NCBI GenBank assembly: GCA_016748015.1
Contig: JAAOMT010000523.1
Location: 62,001-126,000 of the forward strand
From: Geosiphon pyriformis uo1
Lineage: Eukaryota; Fungi; Glomeromycota
Reading direction: 5' to 3'
DNA length: 64,000 bases
The notes beneath the pieces were generated by a model, which worked only from the letters and a program-made list of their open reading frames with translations, was not told the origin of the DNA and made no database searches. This document shows, in pieces, positions 52,925-64,000 of this stretch. The position numbers and the translations under genes are program-made. The first letter of the stretch is position 1. The number at the start of each line of letters is the position of its first letter.

Positions 52925-55900
52925 TTAATTATCCTCTCCCTCATCAGACACAATCTCCTCAGTTTCCTCCACGACCTCTTCAATCCATTCTTCAATAACT
53001 TCTACATTTTCAGTATCACGAACTGATACGGGTGGTAATCCTGCTGCTTCCCTTTCCTCGATCAGCTCTTTCTCAATACGCTTACGCCAAGCGTTCCACT
53101 CGTCCACAAGACGGCGACGATGGGCAAGAAGTTCTTTCGAAACTGAGGATTTTTCTCTTGCATCTTCTTCATCAAATACCTTCGAATACTCGCGAAGATT
53201 CTTTTTTATTTTCTTCTTATGCTCAGGGGATATTAGAGATTTTGGACGTGGACGCCATAATAATTGTTTAAACTTTTCTAGAAGATGTTTCTGAAGCTGA
53301 GTCCCTTTGAAATCCCATAATGTGTAGCCATTTTCCGTCTAAATCAAAGTGATTTAAGCATAAATATATTTATTCGATACAAATTATCACAGAACCTTTT
53401 TGGCCGAGACTTTATCCAATACTCACTGGATGTCTCCACATGCTGGCGCTAGTGATTACATATCTGCCAGTAGGATCCCATTCGATATCAGTGACTCCAT
53501 AATGTTCTTGTGTGCTCATAAGTTGAAGAGTTGCACCGGGATCTATTTTCGCCTGCTCTTTTTGTTCGCTACTCCCCTCAAAGTCTAAATCGTAAAATTC
53601 TAGATCGTATGTCGTAGACGAACGCAACGTAGCTAAGATGACATGGCGCCCTCGCGGAGACCAGAAGATTGAATTAAATGTCTTTTTCTCCAATGTTTCT
53701 AGAAAAATCATAAATATGAGAATGAAACAAAATGTATAATTTTATAAATTGATGGCTGCAGAAGCAGTTCTCACTTATAAGCTTGAAATTCGCATTCTCG
53801 TTTCCTTTTCCAGCTTTTGCTTTCTCCAGATAATAGAAAGAAACACTCGTTCTCAAAGTAACATTGCCCTGTGTAGATTGTCCATTGTTTGGATCGTTAG
53901 TCGTAATTATGGCAAACCGTTCACCTTTGGGTTCCCATGCAAAAGCAATGACTGTGTCTAAATTCCATATCAGACAAAAAGAAAATAAGGATCACACAAC
54001 CATTATCACTCCAAGAGGGCCGTTTAATTAAAAAATACTTACCTTTGATTTCAATCACTTCAACAGGAATATCTTTTTCGCGAATCCGAAAAATTTCAAG
54101 ATTTGCAAATGTCGACTTTTTGGTTTTGGTATGACGGTCAACTTTAACACATAAAAAGTCACCGTTTGATTGCCAATGCATCTTACACTTAAATCAGATA
54201 CAATCCTAATATCAGCTTTAATGGTTTATCCAGCATAAATTGATGTTATAATCAATGGCTTACATCTGAAACATTGAACAAGTTTTTGGTTCGAACAATC
54301 TCTTTGGAAGGAATTTGCATTAAGGTCACACGAGCAGGTTGGTTTCCAATTTCTGGTGTCCAAAAGCTAATGAGGTCCTCCCGAACCTTTTTGTCCCCAT
54401 TTTTATCAAGATCTTTTTCTGATGAAGGAGCCCACTCAAAATCCTCCACTTCATCAATCTTAATACTTTTTTTCCCCAAAAGTCCCATTTCCGGCGTTTC
54501 GTAAACTGAAATTAGTTGTTTAGGAGATAAGCGGGCAAAATATTTGTCACTTGAAGACCATTTGAACATTGGCCATGTAATCTTGTTCGGAGCACCATCT
54601 GGGGTAGTAGATGATGGGAAAGATCGAAGAAGTGTACCCGAGTGAACATCCCATATAATTGTTTGGTTGCCTTCATCTTCTGTTCCAAACGGCATTCCGG
54701 GGCCTATATTTGGGCCAAAAGTGATTGGTTCATTACTCCAAGTGACCAGGTACCTTTCATCAGGGGAAAAGTCAATTAATTTGACTCCAGGGTGAACGAA
54801 ACGTATGATTTTATTCCAACTCGAGCCACCCCATAAAACAATTCCCTGCCGATGAAATGTAGCAAGGTATGTGCCTAATGGGGACCATTGAACATATGTT
54901 TCGGTCCAATTCTAAGGATGATTTCGAAAATTGAGATCTTGAAATTCGGTCATATAATGAACACCCAAGATAATATGATAATTTACATTTCTTTTATGAA
55001 CTTCTTCAGACGGCTCTGTTTTTCGATTCCAATATATGTAAACGTCATCACCACGATAAACAACAAATTGATCACGGGCTTGAGGATCAGTCAACCAGCT
55101 CCTTAAGTGTTCCTAAATCCTCAAGAATTTGAACATATTAATATCTGAGTGAAAATTTTTTGAGGAAAAGGAAGGGAGTTATAAATGAACACCTTTTCTA
55201 CAAATTTTTCTTCTTCAGGCTCTACGTAAACTTCTTGAATTTGGGAATACTTTTCAATATCCGTGAATCGATTTACACCAAGAATATGTTTTTTGTCCAC
55301 ATGATAATGGTCAAGTTGCTTTACAGCTAAATTGGCTTGTTCCGGAGTGTCGAATTCGATGAAAAGATAGCTGAATGTTGATGTGAGGGTTCATAAATAT
55401 AAAAAGCGATGAAATATTGGCCGGACAAAATCTTCAAATATAAGAAACTGAGGAAAATTGCACGCAAATCCCAAAGGATTTTCATGAATGAGAAAAACTT
55501 AAACGATAATATAACATAAATGATCAAAATTAAAAAATCGTAGAATCGGTTGTATTAAAAATTAAAAGATTTCTCAAAAAGAAGGTACCGTTTTCGGAAT
55601 GAGGTTATGGGCTGCGAGATTATTTATCTTCACGTGACCTGAATTCAGATCCACAAATTCACCCCTAATGAAGCCTACCCTTTAGAAGTGAGCTTTCCCG
55701 TCTCCGGATCTATTTCCATTGGCATGTCAATTCCACCTTCTTTAATGTCGCCAGCAGTTTTAAAGATTTTTTTGATGAACTTGAAAAGTTTATCCTTCTT
55801 AATTTCGTCTACAATGGGAACGTTGTCAACTACTATGATTGTGTCAAAGCCTTCTTCAAATGGCACTTGATATTTCTCTTCAATATCTGTAAAGTCAAGC

Positions 55901-55944
55901 TCTTCTTCTGTTTCTGGTAACTTGTCAAGGTCGAATTCCGGCAT
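52925..55944 (-). CDS. PRT1: Translation initiation factor eIF3 subunit b, multi-exon
   Basis: N-terminal RRM IVVDNVP; WSPLGTYL; KNLFNVSD; WDPTGRY; WRPRP. Confidence 0.96.
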
Positions 55945-56247
55945 TTTGAAAGAGGTTAATTAGAAGTCAACAAATGGAAAATAAAGGGTTTCAAAGGAAG
56001 TTCACCCAAAAAAACGCAAATTTTACACTTCGCGCAGTAAATTGTGAGATTCACCTGAAAATCTTCACGTGCCCCATTCAAGTATCCAATCAGCACGTCT
56101 TATTTTGATAATATCATATAATGGACATGATCCAAAGTATATAAACAGCGACATTTGTGTAAGTTGTTGATCAATTTTGGCATTTTGTTTCTTTGCCTCT
56201 TTTTGCTTTCATCGACAATCATCAAGAGAATCTTTTTTGAGAAAATT
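55945..56247. promoter_or_regulatory. Probable bidirectional promoter between eIF3b and EAF3
   Basis: Head-to-head, 303 bp apart; CACGTG, CCAAT and TATATAAA present. Confidence 0.55.
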
Positions 56248-58311
56248 ATGACAAGAGCGAAAGGACAGAATAATACAACAAATAACGAAATGTCTCAAGC
56301 AAGTTCCACCTCAAACTCCTTAAGTAACTCGCCAAGTTCTTCTCCCGGGAACTTATCAACGACTAGTCAGTCATTGCTGTTTAGCTTTCAAGTTAAAGAA
56401 AAAGTGCTATGCTATCACGGACCGATGTTATACCCTGCAGTAGTATGTTTTTCTTGTTATTATCCGCTCTATTTGCCTTCCAAAAGGCTTTTTTTGCACT
56501 CCAAGAACTTACTAACAGTGATTACAGCAAAGCTTCAGAAACCTTGTTTCACTAATCTCGTTGTGTTACACAACAACATTCCTTGTTATTTTGCAAAAGA
56601 TACTTGAAATGAATAAGAAATTCATTGACGCTTCTGGTGAAGAAGGTCATTATTATAAGATTCATTACAAAGGATGGAAAAAGACGTAAGCACCACATCA
56701 AAATTGATGGTCTTTATCAGGATGAATTGATGAAAAGGAATAAACCAAATATATCTTCTTGTATGTCTATAAGATGGGACGAATGGGTACCTCAGAGTAG
56801 AGTTTTAAAGATGAATGAAGAAAATCTTGAATTGCAAGCGAAGATGAAACAAGATTTGCGCAATAGACCGTCAGCGGTTGCTGCCAGAGCAAACGCCGCA
56901 AAACAACCCGAAACTGAAGTAGCTACTACAACTGTTCCTGCAGCCCTGGACATACCTAAAGAAGAAATCATTCCTACGATAGTTGAAGACAAACTTTTCA
57001 TTATCGAGTCACCAGCTGAAGTTCCTGCACCTACTCCTGCACCTATTCCTGTACCTGCACCTACTTCCACAACAATAATCCCTCAAGATAATTATGAAGA
57101 AGAATCTAACTCTCTGCCTCAAAATGGGACAATTACAACAAAAGCTCTCACGACGACTCCGATCACATCAACCGCAAAAAATCAAACTCCAATAAATGGT
57201 GTCACACCACCTAGTACCAGAGGTCGCAAGAGAAAACAACCCCCTTTTGAAGATACTACTACTACTACTACTACCAACACCACCAACAACACCACCATCA
57301 CCCCCACCGTTACTAATTCCACTGCTTCAACTTCTAAAATCGTTGCCTCAGCATCCAGAACAGCCTTAAATCAAGTTCAGGTTAAACTTCTATTCTTACA
57401 TTATGATTTTATCAAAAAATTATTGGTATCTTTAATAATTGAGGGATTTCAATTTTCTCGTTAATAGAAAAGAGCCCGGAAATGTAAAATAAGTATTCAA
57501 ATTAGCAATGAAATGATGGTAAGGCTCATTGACGATTGGGAATGGATTACGAATGACTATCAGGTAACCGCTTTTGTTATAAATGAACATTATCATTTTG
57601 AATTTTCTGAACAACCTCTCTAATTTTTTATCATTTTCCTCATTATTATCATTTTGTTTAGCTTGTACCATTACCAAGGCCAAAGCCAGTGAATACAATT
57701 TTGGAAGAATTCGTTCAATACAAAATCTCCGAGGCTCAAAAAGCGAGAGAAGTTGTAAATGGTAATCGTTCTCGGGGTCGTGGTCGGCCTGCAAAAAATC
57801 CACAAGATGAGGCTTTGCGCGAAGCAGTAAACGGTCTCAAGGTTTATTTCAATGAGATCCTGGGTTTACAGCTACTTTATAGAGCTGAAAGACAAGAATA
57901 TTACAGATTTAGAGAATGGAGTCAGAAAGCCGGCGCGGACGTTGAAAATTCAGCATGGTATGGTGCTGAACATTTGATGAGGCTGTTAGGTGGGTGAATT
58001 ACATTAATATTGATTCTTTTGATTTATAATAAAATTGGAAAATTTTTAATTGTTTTTTATGCTAGTTTCCCTTCCTCGCTGCATTGAACAAGTCGACATG
58101 AGGGAAGCAAAAGCGGAACAATTACGGGAGCTCTCCCAGGATTTGGTAGTGTAAGTAAAAACGGCAGAAATTATTTCGATTATTTCAATTAACATAACTT
58201 ATTCTGGTCCTATTCTTAAATAGATTCTTGGAAAATAATGCCAACAATTACTTCGCTGCAGTATACGAAAACCAAACTCCAGAGTATATTCGACTTGCAG
58301 AAGTCTTCTAA
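56248..58311 (+). CDS. EAF3: Chromatin modification protein Eaf3/MRG15 (chromo barrel plus MRG domain), multi-exon
   Basis: VLCYHGPMLY, IHYKGWK|RWDEWV, LIDDWEWIT, LLYRAER, YGAEHLMRL. Confidence 0.93.
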
Positions 58312-58751
58312 ATCAAGAAGACTTCTTTAGAGCAATCCTATCTTTTAGAATGAGAAATTTCATAATCATTGCACAATTTCTTTACAAAATTTACATGTTT
58401 ATGGTGAATATGATAAAAGAAATTACTTGTACATATAATTTAACACTGATAAGTGTTTGTAAAAAAAACTTGACATAACATAATATGATAAGAGATTCAC
58501 GCTATTATCGTGAAGTTCAATGGTTACGGCATTTCTACTTATCGTTTAATGTGAATGGGCTAAGCTATCAAAACAGCTCAAAAGTCAGAATAGAGCAAAT
58601 TCATCTAGCCACGTCCAATGAAAGGCTGACAGTGTAACACTTGATTTGTTTCCATTTTGCTGATAACATCAAAATCAAGCACCATCATTTTTAATTTTGG
58701 AAGTGAAATATTTCAAAAAAATTTGTTGAGTTCCTTTGTTCAATTTAATCC

Positions 58752-59030
58752 ATGTCTCATATACCTCAGTCAAATGATCCTTTAGCGAAACGTGGAAAAG
58801 CACTTGAAGAGGCTTACATTCGAGAAAAGGTTTTTTTAAAAAATATTTTTGACCAAAAATGCGTTAAATTTTACCATTTTTTAACTTTAAAAACAACTAA
58901 ACAATCAAAGGAACAACAAAAGTTACGACAATTAAGAATTGCTCAACAAGAGAAACAGAAAGTTGAAAATCATTATATCAATACCAACCAGCCAGATCAT
59001 GATCAGAAAGGTAACAAGCAAAATGGTTGA
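58752..59030 (+). CDS. Small IF1-like protein with no presequence; intron 58830-58910
   Basis: DPLAKRGKALEEAYIREK|EQQKLRQLR resembles the IF1 core; same intron position as INH1. Confidence 0.72.
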   Translation: MSHIPQSNDPLAKRGKALEEAYIREKVFLKNIFDQKCVKFYHFLTLKTTKQSKEQQKLRQLRIAQQEKQKVENHYINTNQPDHDQKGNKQNG

Positions 59031-59154
59031 AATTTATTGATAACAAAAGTAGAACAATGCAACTCTTAATCTTGATCAAAAAAAGTTTCAAATAAGAACT
59101 ATTCCCTTCCAGCCCATTTTTAAATTATTAGTACTATTATTTTATACTTACGAA

Positions 59155-61183
59155 TTACATTAGGATTTCATTATGGTAACTATCTTTTAATTCTTTATGT
59201 GGTAGTACAATGCAGTTTCGAATTATAGTTTCATCCTTCACTACCACTTCTTTAGCTATAGAAGGCAAAAATTTAACCAACGCAAATTAATAAAATTGCC
59301 GATTTCAAGAAAATGATCAGAAAAATCAAGGGATTATACTTACCAAGAATGGTAACTGATTGAACTTTAACCCCATTCTCTGTGATAGTAGTTTGATAGT
59401 TCGTAGTTGGCGTTCCTTCTACACGTGCCCAAATTCCTACTTTTGAATCCCATCCTATGATACTATGCAGAACACAACTATTATTCTTAATCTCTGCATT
59501 ATCAAGAATAATTGAATGCTTAATACGAACGCCTTTTCCTATGATGGCTCGAGGACCTATGGTAACATTAGGCCCAATCTAATAGCATCACATTTTACCA
59601 ATAAAAAGAGATGACTCAAAAATGTACTTTTGAAATGGAAAAATATTGTATTAATGAATTCAAGACTCACCTTTGAACGAGGGTCCACGATAGCGGTAGG
59701 GTGAATGTATACGTTTCCTACAATTTCTGGGCCTACATCAGGATTATTTTTTGCTAATCTGTTTGGATCTGTTTGCGCGTATTGTTGAAGGTATAAAGTA
59801 TTAACAGGGACTGCCGAACTATAAATAAAATAGAAAATTAAATAAAGTATCGTGGCACCTTGAGATGCACAGTTAGAAAATCCGAATTACCCTGCCATCT
59901 TAATTTGCATCCAAAAGCCACTTGTCACGTAAACGTAAAGTTTTCTTATCTCAGTTAGTGGTCCAAATAAATCTTGTTCTAAACGCAGTTTGTCGTGATC
60001 TTGGGATAAATCTTGGCTATTTGTCATTTGATAGTTTAATATAATAATTTAAATTAAATGAATCTGTTAATAAGATCAAATCAGTTTTTCTGAAGGATAC
60101 GAAGCGTTAGCCTTTTTAATCAGCATGGCTTTTTTCATTTCCTCAAAAACTGCACAATCGAACAAATAGATCCCGCAACTAATAAGATTGGAAATAAACG
60201 TTTCAGGCTTTTCAACATAATGTAGTACTTCATTGCTGTCCGGTTTCGCCGCTAAGCAGCCAAATTTATTGGCATCTTCCCTCGCAACCTAATCACAACC
60301 AAAAAGGATGAATAGAAATTAAATATCTGTCAAGGGAATTTACAAATTATTGCCCACTAAGGACAAACTATGTGAGAAAAATACGGGTGATAATTATATT
60401 TCCTCTTTACTCGATTTTGGGAAAACATAGTTGTTGCCCGATTTGTGGATCCGGACCGATAAATAGAGTAATTTCCCAAAATGAAAATAAATCAAAAAAT
60501 AAGGAATTGATTGGCCGGAATCAGCACAATAAAATAATTGAAGATCCCCGGATCGAAAAATGTCCCAGCATAGTTTAATAGATCCGGAAATGAAAAATCT
60601 CAATTTGAATTAACTATTAATTAGAAATAAAATAAATTGAAAGTTAAGAACCTAAATCACTACCTTTGTGCCGAGAATTGTGCATAACCCACGATGCGTG
60701 TGATGAAACTTCATCATATCATTTAAAGGAAAATTACAAGCTACATCTCCATTCAGAACGAAAAACTGGTCGAGGTCTCCACGCATTATCTGGTCACGGA
60801 AGTGATAGATTCCTCCTGCTGTACCCAAAGAAGTATATTCTCTGAGATACCTGAAAGGGATAAAATTCTGTTAAAAACTTTTATAAAGGGTTGCTAAGGA
60901 CAAAACTGGAGCTGGAAAGTAAGCGTTTTATTAAATACCGAACGTTAACTTTAGGGAACTCTCTTGCAGCTTCTTCTAAAAAGCTTGAAAAAACGGAGTC
61001 TTCATAAAAGCCTACCAACAAAACTTCTCTCAAACCCTCAACTTTACTTAGTGCTTCCAAGTGATGCCAGATTATCGGGTGGCCAGCTACAGGGAACAAA
61101 GGCTTTGGAACGTTAAGTGATAGTGGACGAAAACTTGTCCCACGAGAAGGGCCGCCAACAAGTATAACAGCTTTGTATGCCAT
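59155..61183 (-). CDS. GMPPA: Mannose-1-phosphate guanylyltransferase, alpha type (GMPPA-like), multi-exon
   Basis: [27 protein letters not shown]; [14 protein letters not shown]; hexapeptide repeats; IGIWARVEG. Confidence 0.93.
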
Positions 61184-61357
61184 AAGATAGAAGTGTTATG
61201 TGTCAACAAATAAAATTTGGATAAGTGAAGAAGTTGCTAAAACTTCCTAGCCTTATTGCTTTAAAACTGCCAATGCACTCCTCCAATGGTATCACTCTAT
61301 TACAGTTATCACAGATATTGTTGCAAATGATTTTTGTCCTAGGCCCTAACTTAAACT
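61184..61357. promoter_or_regulatory. Probable bidirectional promoter between GMPPA and IMP4
   Basis: Head-to-head start codons 174 bp apart. Confidence 0.55.
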
Positions 61358-62859
61358 ATGGTACCTTTGCTAAACCTTTTAGTGTTTTGTATATTTTTGT
61401 ATCAATCCAATAAATCTCTTTTTTGTCAAAACCCTTCAGATCAGGAGGGAAACACGCTTAAGACGTGAATACTTATTTCGAAAGTCTTTAGAGACCAAAG
61501 AAAAGCAAATTTACGAGCGCAAACAAAAAATCAAAGAAGCAATTCGAGGCTAGTTTCTCTGCTTCTCACTTGCTGACTCTGTAACTTTACTAACGAGTAT
61601 CTTATTATCTCAAAACAGAGGGAAAGCCTATACCCACCGAACTACGTAAAGAGGCCACCGAAGCTCAGAAAGAACTTTTTTATGATGAATCACAAACAGG
61701 TACATTGAATTTATTCTAATTAGCAGATCTCACAATACTTCAATCTAACAAAGCTTGCTTAATTTTGGTTTTTTGATAGCCCCTGAAACTCATATCGATG
61801 ATGAATACGCACGGGCTGGTATACAAGATCCAAAAATTTTGATCACTACTTCTCGTGATCCAAGTAGCCGCCTTCAACAATTTTCCAAGGTAGAGGATTG
61901 AAATCAATGGCTGCTTTGTTTCAAAGCCTTATCAATATCATATATATCTAGGAAATGAGGCTCGTCTTCCCAAATTCACAGCGCATCAATCGCGGCAACT
62001 ACGTCGTGAAGGAAATTGTCGATGCCTGTCGAGCCAACGATGTTACTGATTTAATAATATTGCACGAGCATCGTGGGGAACCTGGTCAGTACTTAAGTTT
62101 TCTCAAAAACATTTAGTTCTTGGTATTACAATATCCTTTATGTAGGCTTTTTAGGTTTTGAAGAAATTGGATTATTAATCTCTATTTTTGCATTCCTTAG
62201 ATGGATTTGTAGTTTCTCATCTTCCTTACGGTCCCACTGCTTTTTTTTCTCTTCACAATGTCGTTTTACGACATGACATTAAAGACGAGGGAACCGTCTC
62301 TGAAGCATTTCCTCACCTGATTTTCAACAATTTCAATTCAAACTTGGGAAAAAGGGTACCTCCCACTTTTTTAGTATCTCACCGCACAATCAGATTATCT
62401 CATTTGTTTCCTTCTTTTTGAAAAGGTAATGAATATACTTAAATATCTATTTCCGGTGCCTAAGGAAGACAGCAAACGAGTCATAACATTCGCTAATGAT
62501 AGCGACTATATTTCATTCAGGTATCTAATTTTTGCAATTATAAATCTCTGCGGTTTTTTAATGTATTTCAATATAAAGACTTTTATGTAAATATATGGAT
62601 TTAAAGACATAATGTATTTGTGAAAATGAGCCATAAAGACGTTCAATTGGCGGAGGTTGGACCAAGATTCGAGATGAGAGGTATTTATCTCGGTTCTTTG
62701 ACCTAAGATTACGTCAATTTCCCTAAAATCTGTTCTCAAATTATGTCTGACTTGATAGTGTATGAGATTAAATTGGGCACCGTTGATCTCAAAGACGCAG
62801 ATGTTGAATGGGTCTTAAGGCCTTATCAACGAACGGCAAAAAAACGAGATCAACTGTGA
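61358..62859 (+). CDS. IMP4: U3 snoRNP protein Imp4 (Brix family), multi-exon
   Basis: M|[47 protein letters not shown]. Confidence 0.95.
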
Positions 62860-62977
62860 TTTCCAGATCTGAATCTAACTAGGACAAGTAACAGAAACCC
62901 GGGTTCAAATCTCGAATGCTATATAATCGAATTCGTGGCTAGCTACTTGAAAATAAGCCCTCATAATAGTTGTGCCA

Positions 62978-64000
62978 TCACATAGATGTTGGAACCAAGT
63001 TTCCATTATTATCGTAGCGTGCCTAACGGAGAGAAAAGTGGTTAATTTACTGTATTTTAGTACTGAAGGCAGAATAAAAGGTCGATTTTCCTATACCTTG
63101 AAAAATGTATATGATAATGTAACTGTCTCGACATCTCTCATCAAGGGATCGTTATCAATTTCCGGATCCAAAAAAAAGAACACAGGCATGTCTACTTGTT
63201 CCCCAGCTCGCAATTTTTGCTCTTCGAAACAGAAACATTGAATTTTATTAAAGTATTGTCCGACCTTCATCGGTGTAACATTGTAAGTGGCGATACCAAT
63301 AATATCTTGATCTGACAAGTTTTTTGCCGTATAAAACGCGAGAGCCGTCTCTCCCGGCAAAACATAAACTTCACGTTGTTGTGGCATAAATTTCCATTGT
63401 AGCGCGACTGAAGTATCAGCATTGAATGTAATTCTAATCCTACGAGAATTTGTCATTGGCACAAGACGATCAGGGCTGAATTTGCTGGTATCTGTGTTAG
63501 GTGTTCCTACAAATCCTGTGATTTGACAGAACATCCGATAAAGTGGAACAGCAGCATAGGTGAAGCCTAAACCAAAGACTAACAAAGCAACAGTGTACAG
63601 TAACAGGGAACGATTTTTGGCTTGATAATGACTCTGGAAAGTTGTCCTTCGATTTTGTCTCGACTGATTTAAGTGTCCAGAGGTATTAACTGTAGTCGTA
63701 GAACTTGAAAAGTGCCTTCTTGAGAACAAGGCAACATTAAAAACTTTTGAAAAAGATCGAAAGGGTATTAAGATTAAAAGATTTGGTGATAGTTCCGATG
63801 AGTGATGAAGCCGAGAAACCACAGAATTATAAAATCTCGATCGTCGAAAACTCTCCTGCATAAAAGGACTAGTAAGTCAAAAAAATTAAAATGTAACTTT
63901 GATAAACAATAGTCCAATTTTACCTGTTTTAAAGAGCGATTTTTTGGTAAAAGAAAGGAAACTGGTGAGACTCGAAATATTATTGCGTGCCGATGCCAGA
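62978..64000 (-). CDS. COX11: Cytochrome c oxidase copper chaperone Cox11 (start lies beyond the window)
   Basis: YAAVPLYRMFC, FNKIQCFCFEEQ, TLSYTFF; last exon ARYDNNGNLVPTSM*. Confidence 0.95.

Noticed and set aside
55371-55678. Intronic C/D snoRNA in the long eIF3b intron
   Set aside because: No RUGAUGA/CUGA pair found on the sense strand
51604-57803. Antisense ORFs overlapping host genes
   Set aside because: Shadow frames of well-supported genes on the opposite strand

Overview
Eukaryotic, intron-rich, AT-rich fungal DNA; gene and TE style suggests Glomeromycotina (Geosiphon-like), by inference only. Three zones. (1) 1-42250 is a nested retrotransposon block: four decayed RNase H-containing LINEs and one ORF1-only (HAL1-like) element with the same 3' tail, interrupted by eight Ty3/Gypsy-type LTR insertions (one full-length 9.7 kb element, three partial, one non-autonomous derivative with a tandem array, three solo LTRs; 4-bp TSDs wherever both flanks are present). 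(2) About 42250-46230 is an extreme AT desert. (3) About 46780-64000 is a compact cluster of host genes: P-loop kinase-like, IVD, IF1, EFM4, eIF3b, EAF3, a second IF1-like gene, GMPPA, IMP4 and partial COX11. Highlights: an unusual Gypsy layout (gag / PR-Cys-rich-dUTPase-RT-RH / separate integrase ORF / conserved ORF3 in the env position); repeat-restricted, both-strand C->T hypermutation biased to TpC and CpG, unlike classical RIP; a HAL1-like element; and a central YR step at all LTR target sites. All coordinates and counts were read by hand and may be off by a few bases.
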